Below are positions 35,190 through 45,811 of a stretch of 56,194 nt of DNA, piece by piece (positions within the stretch are counted from its first letter, which is position 1; the number at the start of each line of letters is the position of its first letter). The notes below the pieces were generated by a model. It did no database searches, was not told where the DNA came from, and worked only from the letters and a program-made list of their open reading frames with translations. Both the position numbers and the translations under genes were made by a program. The stretch is taken from assembly GCF_000281045.1 (NCBI RefSeq), contig NW_008246203.1, forward strand, positions 2,805 through 58,998. The letters run 5' to 3'. Origin of the DNA: Saprolegnia diclina VS20. Lineage: Eukaryota.

Positions 35190-38100
35190 TTATTCGGTGT
35201 CGCGAAGAAGCATGCCGAGTTTCTCGATGCAGTCGGGAGGCGCCAAGTACCGTACAGTCCATTTGTCGAGGTCAATTTCGGTGAGCGGTGCCTCCGGAAC
35301 ACCAACAACGGGCGACGCGACAGAGAAGAGCGCACTGGGCTGCTTGGCGGCGACGCGCGCGTACAGGACGTCTTCGGCGACGAGATGTGCGAGTAGAGAG
35401 CGCACCTGTTGCAGCGGCAACAGCTTGTCCATGTGTTTCCAGAGGGCCACGTCGTCAGCGCCGGGGGCACCAAGTATGAAATGCAGCGCCGATCGCTGCA
35501 TGCGTGTCCACCACTGCACGTTAATGGACCCGTTGAGCTTGAGCCAAGGGTGCGCGGTCTTGCCCGGCGACTTGGTGTCGAAAATGGCTTCATTGTTGGG
35601 TGCGACGACGTACGACTGCACTGTCCAAAACTTCTCGTACGACCGCAAGACGTATCGCGTTTGGACATACGCTTGGACGCAGAGCACGTCGTCCGACATC
35701 GACTCGATCTTCTCGCGCACCGCATTGTCATCAGCATCAAGCGCAAGAGCAAGCTCCGCGGCGGAGCAACCCTGCTCTGCTGCGGCGTCGAGCAGCCCGC
35801 GGATGGCATCGTCGTCGATTACAAATGTTCTTCGGGCTTTCTTGGTCAGCGGTAGCGGCGCCGTAAAGGCGTCCATTGCGTCCGAGGGCTGCTCAGTCGG
35901 CAGGTTATAGAAGATGGTCGACACGACCCACGGGTCATCCTGCGGCTGGAGTTGATACAAGTGCCCAGCGATACCGAAGCCAGCTCGGTCTGTTGCCTGC
36001 GGTCGCTTACGCTTGTGTGCGATTGCTGATGAGCCCCGCATAGTCGACGACTTGTACTCGATCGAAAATGAGCAACGACCGAGGACGAACGCAGCATGCG
36101 TCAGCGGTGCGCCGACGGTAAGCTGAACGCCGCCGTCGTCATTGTCATCAGCATCTTCGAGCGCATCGTCAACGACAGCAGCTTGCTCCGCAGCCTCTTC
36201 AAACATGGAGAGTGGGAACCGCACGCCGTCGCGCCAAAGCATGAGGAGCTTCCTCGAGAGAACGTAGCCGCGTTGAAGTTGACGGTGGGTTGGAGTCGTT
36301 GCGTGCACGATCCAGCCGCGCAGCCAGAGGAGGCGCCAAACTGTGTTGATTTCCCTGCGCGTCCAGTGCAAGAGCAGGTGCTCCGCGGCCATTTGCAGAT
36401 ACGACGCGTCCGGGCAGAGCACAATCATCAGCACACGATTAAGTAGTGCGGTCATGCGCGGCTGCGTCATCACGGCGTCTTCTTCAACGAAAACCGACTG
36501 GCCGAAAACGCGGTTGTGGAGGTCCACGAGTGCTTGCTTGGAGCTCACTTGGTCAAGAAGCTCGGCGAGGCGCCGCCGAAGTGGTCCCGCACTGGGCGGC
36601 CGCGACGGTCGAAGTGCTCGCCCGATAGTGGCGACCGAGAAGTTGACGCGCCAAGCGTGGGGTGCTCGGACGAGAACGCTTTCGTTCTCACATTGCATAT
36701 CCTCAGGCACGGAAACCCGCCAGTTGGCCTCGAGCTGTTTAAAGTAAGCTTCGAGAATCTCGTTGTCTTCGTCCGGCGTAAAGTCGACATGATCGACCTC
36801 GACAGTGATGCGGCGTTTGGCGGCCTTCGCGAGGCGCGGCTTCGCGTACGGTGATCGACGCCGGGGCCGCGGTACGCGACTCGAGCCGGGGATGATAGCG
36901 CGAAGCTCCTTTTCGCGCGCTTTTCGGTTCTTGTAGCGCTCCGACTGCGTACGTGATGTCCACGAGATCGGTACGAGAAGGTTTACGTGCGAGAAAACCA
37001 GCGGCTTGGGAAAGGCTTGAACCTGGCCCGGGCCTGCCGCGAACGAAAGCGACTCGAGCGCAACACATTGCAGCGCCTCCCAGTAGAGATCGACCTTGTC
37101 GACGGTTGTGAAGTCCATTCGGAGTGGAATCGCATGACCAAACGAGTACTGGTGCCGGGTCGCAATCACGCGGCCGATCGACTCGGTCGCCCAAACGCCC
37201 GCACTGTCATCGAGGAGAAGTTGACCGTGCGTGTGCCACACCAAGAGGAGGTTACTCCGGCCCACGTCGGCTTGGTCGCGCAAAAGCACCTCGACGTCTT
37301 CGTTGCGCTTGGCGTTGGCGTTGGCGTTGGCGTGTACATGTTGCAGCAACTGCTCGAGTCGAAGTCGGTACGTGCTTACGAGCTGGAGAGACTTGAGCAT
37401 GTTAAGGAGCCGCAGACACCGCCGTGTCTGGCGGTACGTGACTTTACGCCGAAGGCCGTCATCAAGCGCGCTGAGAGTCGCGTCCGCGGACAGCACGCGC
37501 TCCACGGTCGCGTATTCGTCGGGTGTGAGCACGTGGCCGATGCCAAAAATACCGATGTACTGGCGCACACGCATCGCTGCGAGCATCGCGTCCAGCGAGA
37601 AGACGATGGCGGTGGGCGTCGAGGCTTGCTTCAACAAGGTTGTGAGCACGTCCTCGTTGCCACTGGCAGCTATTGTCGTCGTGTGCAGGTACTCGAAGAG
37701 AAGTCGGTGATAGACGCGACATCGGTGCATCATACCGTGGCACAGACCAAGCGAGCGCGATTGCTTGGTGCGCGCGAGGTCAGCCTTGTGCACCGAGTGG
37801 AGTTTGGCCTTCATCATGTACTTGATCGCGCTTGGGTCGATTTGCGTGACCCGACCATCCCGCACCGCGACCCGCGGGTTGGTAAACACTTTGGTGTTGA
37901 GTCGTTGCACGCGCGTGTCGCGACTGTAACGCGCAAGGTACGCTTCGAGCTCGTTCGGTGTCACGTCCGATGCCAACGCCACCGAGACATTGCGCGTCGT
38001 ACCGGGCACAGATGCCGTCTTGATGGGTACGGCGACAGCGCGCTGTTCGAGGTGGCCTTCACCCTGCAGGCTATCGAGGAGCCGCTGGATCGAGCGCGTG

Positions 38101-39521
38101 TCGACGCGATGGCCCGCGATGAACTGGATGTTCTTCGTGCCTTCGTGGAAGTTTTCCATCTCGATGATCGACGAACGCAGTGAATAGAGCGAAACGATGC
38201 GCTCTTTGGCGACGCGCGCCGCAATGTGCTCCTTCCGGAGAGACGCCGTGTCGTCTGTCGGTGCGTCCATCGCCGCCGAGTTTCGCTTCAAGCTGTGGCC
38301 GTGGCACGGGCGCTTCCACGTTCCTCGGCGCTCTGGCTCCGGCTTGACGTCCTCCATGTCCTCTTCGTCACAGCTGCTGTCGCGCTTGCGCTTGGGTGCT
38401 GTGTCGTCCGGCGCCATGGGGAAAAGCTTGAAGACCGAATTGCGCCCGACGACAACCTTGGTCATGCGGACGGCGTACGCTGACGTTGCAGTGCTAAGTA
38501 AGCGGTACGTGGTCTTCGGTCCTGGAATTTCGAGAAGGCTGCGGATTTCGGGCGTCGTGATGCCCCCCGAGATCTGGATAAGCTGGTGGATCTGGTGCAT
38601 GACGCCCGACTCGAGGCCCAACCGTGGCAAGCCGGGAAACGGGTCTGGCTCTGGCTCAATCTGGCGGCGCTTGACGCACCACAACTTGCGCTTCGTGTCC
38701 GTCCCGACGATGGCCGAAAAGATTTCGACCGGGAATGACGACGCCTGACGCTGGCCTTCGGCAATGATGTAGTTTTTGAAGGCCTCGAGCTTGTATTTTT
38801 GATCCGCGATCGTGCCCCGGACCGCGTCGGCGAGAACACACTGCGACACGTTGTGCGTCGACATGTACTGCAGCATTTCGATCACTGTGCGCTGCTTCCA
38901 CGCGAGGTCATCCTCGAGTATCGCGCCAGGAAAGAGCGCTTCGTGGTCAAAGTCGTTGGCAAACCGCGCGAGTAATATGACGTTGAACCGTTGCGGTCGA
39001 CCCTGACCAAGGATCTGCAACATCTTCTTCACGACAAGCTTCAAGCTGAGGAGCCGGTCCAGTTGGTGGTGCACGGCGCGGATGTCGCCCGTCTTGCTCT
39101 TCACTTTCTTCTCACCGTTTGCTGCCTCCGAGACGGCCGTCGTGAGGTCCATCATAGATATTCCTTTTGCCCGCGTGCGGCCGACGGTCTCCAGGATCAA
39201 AAGCTGTGTCGGCGGGAGGTCGCCCGACGGTGTGACGTGCAGCGCGCGCAGACGTAGGTCCTCTGAGGCGACGATCACAATGTCGAGTGCGTCAGCCAGC
39301 GCGACAGGGGCGTCAGTTAGGCGCGCGCCGTCGGCAAAGAATGCGATCGGGTGCGGCGGCAAGAGACCCGATGCGCGAAGCACGTGCCAGCAAGCTGTGC
39401 GCACTGCTGCGTCGCCACTGCTCTCGTGGTGTTCGAGCAGCTGGCGCAGAGAGATACCGCAGCGGCCTTCCAGTGCAACGGCCTCGATGAGGTGCGGGGT
39501 CAGCCGGAGCGCCGAGGTCAT
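35190..39521 (-). CDS. GTF3C1: RNA polymerase III factor TFIIIC B-block-binding subunit (GTF3C1/Tfc3)-like
   Basis: Single long ORF. LIEAVALEGRCGISL, IVIVASEDLRLRAL and QLLILETVGRTRAKGI match the GTF3C1 N-terminus. C-terminal HPWLKLNGSIN is also consistent. Confidence 0.85.
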   Translation of the reverse strand: MTSALRLTPHLIEAVALEGRCGISLRQLLEHHESSGDAAVRTACWHVLRASGLLPPHPIAFFADGARLTDAPVALADALDIVIVASEDLRLRALHVTPSGDLPPTQLLILETVGRTRAKGISMMDLTTAVSEAANGEKKVKSKTGDIRAVHHQLDRLLSLKLVVKKMLQILGQGRPQRFNVILLARFANDFDHEALFPGAILEDDLAWKQRTVIEMLQYMSTHNVSQCVLADAVRGTIADQKYKLEAFKNYIIAEGQRQASSFPVEIFSAIVGTDTKRKLWCVKRRQIEPEPDPFPGLPRLGLESGVMHQIHQLIQISGGITTPEIRSLLEIPGPKTTYRLLSTATSAYAVRMTKVVVGRNSVFKLFPMAPDDTAPKRKRDSSCDEEDMEDVKPEPERRGTWKRPCHGHSLKRNSAAMDAPTDDTASLRKEHIAARVAKERIVSLYSLRSSIIEMENFHEGTKNIQFIAGHRVDTRSIQRLLDSLQGEGHLEQRAVAVPIKTASVPGTTRNVSVALASDVTPNELEAYLARYSRDTRVQRLNTKVFTNPRVAVRDGRVTQIDPSAIKYMMKAKLHSVHKADLARTKQSRSLGLCHGMMHRCRVYHRLLFEYLHTTTIAASGNEDVLTTLLKQASTPTAIVFSLDAMLAAMRVRQYIGIFGIGHVLTPDEYATVERVLSADATLSALDDGLRRKVTYRQTRRCLRLLNMLKSLQLVSTYRLRLEQLLQHVHANANANAKRNEDVEVLLRDQADVGRSNLLLVWHTHGQLLLDDSAGVWATESIGRVIATRHQYSFGHAIPLRMDFTTVDKVDLYWEALQCVALESLSFAAGPGQVQAFPKPLVFSHVNLLVPISWTSRTQSERYKNRKAREKELRAIIPGSSRVPRPRRRSPYAKPRLAKAAKRRITVEVDHVDFTPDEDNEILEAYFKQLEANWRVSVPEDMQCENESVLVRAPHAWRVNFSVATIGRALRPSRPPSAGPLRRRLAELLDQVSSKQALVDLHNRVFGQSVFVEEDAVMTQPRMTALLNRVLMIVLCPDASYLQMAAEHLLLHWTRREINTVWRLLWLRGWIVHATTPTHRQLQRGYVLSRKLLMLWRDGVRFPLSMFEEAAEQAAVVDDALEDADDNDDGGVQLTVGAPLTHAAFVLGRCSFSIEYKSSTMRGSSAIAHKRKRPQATDRAGFGIAGHLYQLQPQDDPWVVSTIFYNLPTEQPSDAMDAFTAPLPLTKKARRTFVIDDDAIRGLLDAAAEQGCSAAELALALDADDNAVREKIESMSDDVLCVQAYVQTRYVLRSYEKFWTVQSYVVAPNNEAIFDTKSPGKTAHPWLKLNGSINVQWWTRMQRSALHFILGAPGADDVALWKHMDKLLPLQQVRSLLAHLVAEDVLYARVAAKQPSALFSVASPVVGVPEAPLTEIDLDKWTVRYLAPPDCIEKLGMLLRDTE

Positions 39522-40219
39522 GCTGCCGCTCCGATTGGCTCTGATTGGTCTCCGGATGCTCGAAATAGCCAACCGAAAATCACTGGCTCCAACGGGATTT
39601 GAAGTCGCGGCTCACGGCGTCGATGGCGCAAAGCAGCAGTCCGAAATTGCATTGTCGAGTATTGTACCGAAGCTCGTGACTTGGAAAAATTAATTGATTA
39701 GCCCTGCAAGATCCGCTGAAGTGCTCGATTCCACGGCGTTTCCGCGGCTTGATAAATGTTGACGACATAACTTTCTTTCAATGATTAAATGATGCACGGC
39801 TCCAATCGCGTGCCAGGCTTTCCGAGGCAGTCTATTATTTGGTTGCATCGACTTGGACCGGTACGAGGGTGGAGGCATGACGGTTTCGCTCTCGGTCGCA
39901 TTTTGTCAACAGAGACAATCGGTTGCGTGTTCTTCGTTTGTGAACAGTTGATTAGTGGAAAGAGGCTATATCTACCCAACTTGTGTTGAAGTCGGCGTAA
40001 ACTTGCTTGTTGCTCGAGCTTCTTGAGCAACAGCGCTCGAGTGGAAACATTGGTATGTAGCTAAATTGAGTCACATCATTTACCGGACCGAGCGCTGGCA
40101 AAAAGATTCACCAACAACGCGCTGGGGCTGAGTGACCGAAGTTGAAGTACGAATTTCACAAAAGGGGGTGCCCGTACCGCCCGACAAGGCCTCCAACTCA
40201 CTTTTGAATCTGCTGCACC

Positions 40220-41527
40220 ATGGTCACGTTCGCTGTCTCTCCGGTCGCCCGCAAAACTTTTGGAGGTCGTGTTTCGCCCGAAACGCCGGTCCGTGCGATG
40301 GCCGAGCTCGGCGCCGATGACGTCGTGCATGCTTCGCCAACGATCTTACCGAGTTGTGCTGCCCCGAACGGGTTTGTGCACGGGGTCATGCTCGCATACA
40401 ACGGGCACCACGACTTGATCATTCGCCCGGATGACATTTGGGCTGCGATTATGATCCAGTTCGGGCGCTACGTCAACGGTGCCCCGGATGATGTGAAATC
40501 GACGATCATCCATTCGGGCTCGAGCACCGACCTCGTCCTCACGATCCCGGGCGACAACGTTGCCAACTACGATGAAATCGCAGCCAACTTGGTGCAGCGC
40601 ATGCAGTCAATTCTTGTCGACCCAGCTTCACTCGAATGGATGCTTCCCAGTTTCACGACAACGACACCGCACGACACGATCATCGGAAGCATTGCCATGC
40701 TCGCATCGATGAACGAGCCCGTGTGCTCCATGCCCACGATGCAGTGTGGCATCCCACATGTGACGCTGCTTGGCTCGGTTGCCGATTGGATGGACATTCG
40801 AGCCCGTGTTGAGCGCTTTGCGGCACTCGGACTGCCCGGATGGGCCAAGATGTTGCACTCGACCCTCGACAAGTTCGTGGCAGCTACCGAGGGCTGTGTG
40901 GACGAGGCCTTCTGGCAGCACATGGTGCTTGATGGCGACGCCTCGGATGCGCGCTACGTCAGCGGCTGGATTTGCGTTTTCTGCGTCTTTGCCAACGACG
41001 GCGCGTGGCAATGTGCGAAGGGCTGGACGAGCATCGAGACGACGCCTGAAGATGAGGACCAGTACCCGACGCTGCGCCTGGACCAAGTGCCCGCGGGGTA
41101 CGTCGTTGTTGACGTCAAGCTTGAAGACGAGTCGAGCTGTTACGACACGGTTCTTCTCGCGGGTCACATGGCATACGGCGTCCAAGACGGAGCGACGATC
41201 GTGCCTCAGCTTGGGTGGGCTATCGTCTTCCAGAATGCTCTCAACGAGACTGATGCTGCACTCATCACCGAAACCCCCGACGCACAGCGCTCACAGACAG
41301 AGGTGCTCGATGAAATGACTCCAACCTCGGAATGCGACGAGAGTGATGACGGCGATGCCCCTTGCAGCCAAGTGGCGGCGACGATCACGTCGAGTCACGA
41401 CGCGCACCTCGAATTGCCGCAGCCTTCCTTGCCGCTCTCCTCGTGGGCGGTTGTCCTTGTGCAGGTGCTGGTTGTCGTCGTTGCGATCAGCATCACTGCC
41501 GGTGTGCGTTGGAGCCACGCCAATTGA
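40220..41527 (+). CDS. DUF4419-domain protein with C-terminal hydrophobic anchor
   Basis: NGFVHGVMLAYNGHHDLIIRPDDIWAAIMIQF..YVN, WMLPSFTTTT.HD, CGIPHVTLLGSVADW and YVSGWICVF. Confidence 0.88.
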   Translation: MVTFAVSPVARKTFGGRVSPETPVRAMAELGADDVVHASPTILPSCAAPNGFVHGVMLAYNGHHDLIIRPDDIWAAIMIQFGRYVNGAPDDVKSTIIHSGSSTDLVLTIPGDNVANYDEIAANLVQRMQSILVDPASLEWMLPSFTTTTPHDTIIGSIAMLASMNEPVCSMPTMQCGIPHVTLLGSVADWMDIRARVERFAALGLPGWAKMLHSTLDKFVAATEGCVDEAFWQHMVLDGDASDARYVSGWICVFCVFANDGAWQCAKGWTSIETTPEDEDQYPTLRLDQVPAGYVVVDVKLEDESSCYDTVLLAGHMAYGVQDGATIVPQLGWAIVFQNALNETDAALITETPDAQRSQTEVLDEMTPTSECDESDDGDAPCSQVAATITSSHDAHLELPQPSLPLSSWAVVLVQVLVVVVAISITAGVRWSHAN

Positions 41528-41650
41528 TCGTCGTCTCTGCATTTCAATACATGTCGCCTCCTCTACCCTTTGCTTCTTGTAGTGTCTCGAATATTCTGCA
41601 ACTCTAATGGATTGGGCATTTATCTCTACGGTGGTCTCTAGTGCAGCCAA

Positions 41651-44245
41651 TTACGGATCGTACTTGCGTCGGCGTCGTGGCAGCTTCGTCCATGACACTT
41701 CAAAAGGTCGGTACAAGGTCGTCGGGTCGTCATAGCGAAGAAGCACCGTCGGCACGGCCGCGCGGAGCAAGTCGGCTTCCTTTTCTTCTTCCCGGCGCTC
41801 GCGCTCCTTGCGCGTTTTGGCCGTGTACTCTTTCGTGCTCTTGGACTTGGCATTCTTGCGCTCCATGGGCAGCACCTCCTTCGGGTCTGGAAGCGCCGCA
41901 AGGTACAGCCGCAGCTTCTCCATGACGAACGCCGCATCGTTATACGTCTCGAACGCAAGCTCCATCGTGCCGTTTGTCAGGAGAATGTCCGGAAGTGCGT
42001 TCGGACCGAGCGTAAAGTCGACGCCAAGCGCAGCGCGCAGCGAGGTTTCGATGTCTGCGATGCGCGTGCAGTAAGGAATCGAGTGGAGCGTGATGACCTT
42101 GCGCGGCTCGGCAGCATGGGAGAAGATGGCGCGGTTCTGCTTCTCACCTGGGACCATGACGCCAAAGATCTTGAGCGCCGGGTGGAGCGCCCGCTCCACG
42201 GAAGATGGCGACTCAAACTCGACAATGCACTCGTGCGCTGTCAAGCGCTCGCTCGCGACGACGTTCGAGAGCGTAGATGTCTTTCGCGCCTTGGGCTCGT
42301 CTTCGGCGGTCGTTGTCTCATGCACTATCTCGGCGTCGTCCTCGTCCTCATCTTCGTCGTCTTCCGGAACCACGGTCTTGACCTTCTTCGAGCGGCCCTT
42401 CTTTTCCGACTTCGGCTTGTCGACGACAGTCTCGTCGTCCGTGGCGACGTCGTCGACACGTGGCGCAACGCCCGCGCGCGGCTCGGCAAAGGTGAAAATC
42501 TTCTTGATTGGGCCGAGATGGCGCAAGCTTTTTCGCAGCGTCTCTTCGGTCGTGAGATCAGCAAGGTTGCCGTAGAAGACGGACGTTGACGGGTGCCACG
42601 CCATCGCTTCGACAGGCGTCGAAAAAGTCACGGACGTGCGCACTTGGCGACCGGTGTTGACCATTCGGAGGCGCGAGATCGTGAGGGCCTCGAGCGTCAG
42701 GTCCGGGATAACCTGGCGCATGAGCTCGACCATAAAGACTTGGCACTCCTTCGGGAAGAGGCCTTGGACGTCCTGGAGGAAGATGCCGTCGGACGTGTCG
42801 AGGTTCGAACGCCACGTGAGTTTATGCCGCACAAAACGCGAGTAGAACGAGTGGAAAGCCTTGTCGTTGAACAGCGACGCGAGGTTCAGCGCACACGTCA
42901 GCACGCGGTCGCGGGTCTCGACGGGCTTGAGCGCGAGCGTTCGGTCGAGAGATTCTTCATCGAGGCCTTGAATGTACACGTGGGATGTCCGCATGCGCGC
43001 ATCGAGGAGAAGCCGCAAAAAGGCGTCGTTTCGGTTGCTGTACTGGAGGTAGTCGATTGCATAGATCGGATCGTCCTGAAGCGTTGCGAGCGTGACTCGG
43101 TCCCCTGAGAGATACTGCACGATCGCGTTGACCCACGCTTCTGTAAACTGGCGCGGCTGAGACGGCGCGGCCTGTTGAATCTCGCAGGCCACATCTTGGA
43201 GGATGTTGCGGTGGGCCTTGGCGTTCTTCACGAACGCCATCATCATGCTCAGGACCTTCTCAATCTCATGCGGTGTCAAGCGCGCGTCGCGGAGTGTCTG
43301 CAGCGCCTGGCCCGCAGCCTCGAGCTCGCCGCGAAAGTCGACAAGGTCCGACTCGAGTGACATGAGGTCCCACTCGTCCAAGGGCTCGTCTTCCGTCGGC
43401 TCGGCTGTCGACTTGGCGCTAATGCCGCAGTACGATGCCATCTCTTCCCAGCCCTGCGCACGGAGGAGCGTGTGCAGCTGTCGCTTGAGCTGCGGAAGCG
43501 ACGACGCTGGGCGTTTCAGCGAGTGGCGCACGTGCGTCATGATGCAAACGCGGCGGCAGTGCACAAGGATCACGCGGCATAGGTCCTCGTAGAGGGGGTG
43601 GTCGGGGTGCAAGAGCGACGACGCATCAAGACTCGACTGCTCAACATCTTTGGCGCAGAGGAACGCACGCAAGTAGTCGTACTCCTTCGGGTACTCGTCG
43701 CGCATGAGCTCCTCGAGGCTCTCAAAGAAGCGCGTCACCGAGAACTTGTTTGGCTTCGGGTTCGTCGTGTAGATGCTGAGCTTGCGCAAGATAAAGTTGG
43801 TCGTCCGCTCATTGAGGCTCCGACGGAAGACTGCCATAACGCGCTCGGCCTTGATCGTAGCGTCCGACCGCGTCTCCTCGCGCACGTCCGTGCCCGGCTT
43901 CTCCACGTACTCGTTCTCGTAGTGCGGAAAGCCCATTCGTCTCGCCGAGTACGTCAGGTCAACAGCAATCCCGTCGTCTTCAATGTCGCGGAACGGCATC
44001 TTTTCTTCTTGGATGAGCTTGACAGGCTCGACGCTGTGAAGGTCAGCAGGCGTCAAAGGTGTCGATGCAACGGGCGCGGCCTCGAACGCCAGCGGCTTGA
44101 GCGTAGATGGCGTCGCCTTTTTGGGCATCGCAGGGGCGTCTCGCTTGTGATCCCACGTGGCAAAGGCCCGCACGGTTAGCGGTCGGCGAAGCGCAAGCGA
44201 GCGCTGCCGAAGCGCGGCGACGCACCCGCGGCCTTGGCGCAACAT
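41651..44245 (-). CDS. Hypothetical protein with probable mitochondrial presequence and C-terminal RRM-like domains
   Basis: Long intronless ORF. Arg-rich acid-free N-terminus MLRQGRGCVAALRQRSLALRRPLTVRAFAT. SVFYGNL...LRKSLRHLGPIKKI and VITLHSIPY are RRM-like. Confidence 0.7.
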   Translation of the reverse strand: MLRQGRGCVAALRQRSLALRRPLTVRAFATWDHKRDAPAMPKKATPSTLKPLAFEAAPVASTPLTPADLHSVEPVKLIQEEKMPFRDIEDDGIAVDLTYSARRMGFPHYENEYVEKPGTDVREETRSDATIKAERVMAVFRRSLNERTTNFILRKLSIYTTNPKPNKFSVTRFFESLEELMRDEYPKEYDYLRAFLCAKDVEQSSLDASSLLHPDHPLYEDLCRVILVHCRRVCIMTHVRHSLKRPASSLPQLKRQLHTLLRAQGWEEMASYCGISAKSTAEPTEDEPLDEWDLMSLESDLVDFRGELEAAGQALQTLRDARLTPHEIEKVLSMMMAFVKNAKAHRNILQDVACEIQQAAPSQPRQFTEAWVNAIVQYLSGDRVTLATLQDDPIYAIDYLQYSNRNDAFLRLLLDARMRTSHVYIQGLDEESLDRTLALKPVETRDRVLTCALNLASLFNDKAFHSFYSRFVRHKLTWRSNLDTSDGIFLQDVQGLFPKECQVFMVELMRQVIPDLTLEALTISRLRMVNTGRQVRTSVTFSTPVEAMAWHPSTSVFYGNLADLTTEETLRKSLRHLGPIKKIFTFAEPRAGVAPRVDDVATDDETVVDKPKSEKKGRSKKVKTVVPEDDEDEDEDDAEIVHETTTAEDEPKARKTSTLSNVVASERLTAHECIVEFESPSSVERALHPALKIFGVMVPGEKQNRAIFSHAAEPRKVITLHSIPYCTRIADIETSLRAALGVDFTLGPNALPDILLTNGTMELAFETYNDAAFVMEKLRLYLAALPDPKEVLPMERKNAKSKSTKEYTAKTRKERERREEEKEADLLRAAVPTVLLRYDDPTTLYRPFEVSWTKLPRRRRKYDP

Positions 44246-44806
44246 CTTGCAAGATCGAAATGGACTAGGTCCGAGCCCAATAAAAAACGATCCATATTTT
44301 TTACTTGGCCATACTAGCATCAAGTACGCATCATTATATACAGCGCAGTTTTTTCTAAAACCGTTCGACCAACGAAATCCACTGGTGCCAATGCATAACC
44401 ATCTCATATACTATTTCAGTTTTTCGACTGTCCAAATAGTGAATCATTACGTCGTCATTCATGCCCAGGGACTCCAAAGTCCAAAACTTGTTCGTGGTTC
44501 GGAAATAGATTATGATTGTAAATGCTTGGGTCCAGCGCCGCGCAAAGGCTGTAAAGTAGGATATGTTGCGCACATTGGCAATTTCGCTCCACCTGTGTCT
44601 CGGACTTGCGAGGTTGAAGCAGGTCACTAAATAGTGTTATGATGCCATCGGGCGAAGCCGGGTGAATCAGGTTGCCGATTGAACGCCTTCGCAAACCGAT
44701 ATGGTGCAAAACCCAGAGCTGCAACTAGTCAGACAACACGATAGTGCGCAAGTGTTACTACATTGGCATGGCCTTGGGACCGAGTTATTTGGGCCGCGTC
44801 GATGTG

Positions 44807-45691
44807 CTACTTGTTGTGCACGACGACACCGCTCGATGGCGAAACGGGCAACGGGCGATGATGGACGAACGCAAGGACAAGCTGGCTAAAGTCGTCGGGC
44901 TGCTCGAGATAAAGCCAATGCCCGCAACGCTCGAAGACGACGTTGGTGCAGTTGGGAATCATGTTGCCGACGACAAGGGCGCCAGCCATCGGGAAGATCT
45001 TGTTCTTGATACCGCCGAGGAGGTTCAAGCACGGAATCGAGATTGTGGGTAGAAGTGGCCGCCAGTCGATCTGCGTGTGGTCGCGCATGAGCGTCGCGAG
45101 CGCTGTTGGCTTGCATTGGAGAACGTCAGCGCACAGAATATCGAGAATATCTCGCGGCACGTCGTCGCGGACAAGGCAGCTGTCGAGGTTGCCTTGGGCG
45201 ACAGCGGGCAAGTTGGTCGCAAGCATGTGCTCGATGCCCTGCAAACTCGCTTCGTCGTAGCAGCCATAGCCGTGCAGCGACCAATCCTCGCGCCGATTCT
45301 GCAGAGGAAGCTGGTCGACAAAGATGGCTTGGTGCACACTGGCACAGCCAAAGAGCTCGACGAAGCTCCAAATGACGGCACAGCCCATGGATGTACCGAT
45401 GAGCGTAAGCTTCGACTTGTCCAGGTTTAGGCCTAGCACGAGCTCACGAACGTCAGCGGCTAAACGAGCAATGTGCATGCCATGCGCCGGGCTGTCCGAC
45501 TCGCCATGGAAGCGCATGTCGAGGCAGATAACACGGCAGGTCGCCTGGAGCTGCGGAACGTTGCGGCAGAAGTACCGGCGGCTCGCGCTCCATCCATGGA
45601 GAAAGAGTACAATGGGTGCATTGGCTGGCGATGAGGCAACGGTGTCGTCGTATGCCAGACGACAGCCGTCGGCCGTCGTGAAAACGGGCAT
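44807..45691 (-). CDS. Alpha/beta hydrolase (non-heme haloperoxidase/esterase-like)
   Basis: FTTADGCRLAY, LFLHGWS, DMRFHGES, nucleophile elbow GTSMG and FERCGHWLYLEQP. Confidence 0.9.
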   Translation of the reverse strand: MPVFTTADGCRLAYDDTVASSPANAPIVLFLHGWSASRRYFCRNVPQLQATCRVICLDMRFHGESDSPAHGMHIARLAADVRELVLGLNLDKSKLTLIGTSMGCAVIWSFVELFGCASVHQAIFVDQLPLQNRREDWSLHGYGCYDEASLQGIEHMLATNLPAVAQGNLDSCLVRDDVPRDILDILCADVLQCKPTALATLMRDHTQIDWRPLLPTISIPCLNLLGGIKNKIFPMAGALVVGNMIPNCTNVVFERCGHWLYLEQPDDFSQLVLAFVHHRPLPVSPSSGVVVHNK

Positions 45692-45726
45692 TGTGCAAAC
45701 TGCTTGAAAGTCCACCAGAACTCAAG

Positions 45727-45804
45727 ACCGGAACCTCTGTATCCAAGACCTCTTATAATTTATACAACCGGAACCTTCGTATCCGAGACCTTTTATACTT
45801 TATA
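45727..45804. repeat. Imperfect direct duplication, 38-bp unit with 40-bp period
   Basis: ACCGGAACCTCTGTATCCAAGACCTCTTATAATTTATA (45727-45764) vs ACCGGAACCTTCGTATCCGAGACCTTTTATACTTTATA (45767-45804). Confidence 0.85.
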
Positions 45805-45811
45805 TGTTCTT

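Noticed and set aside
36987..38183. 398-aa plus-strand ORF
   Set aside because: Antisense shadow inside the TFIIIC gene, with no recognisable motifs.
44355..44800. Short ORFs between the RRM-like gene and the hydrolase
   Set aside because: AT-richer, no coding bias or motifs. Likely promoter/UTR.
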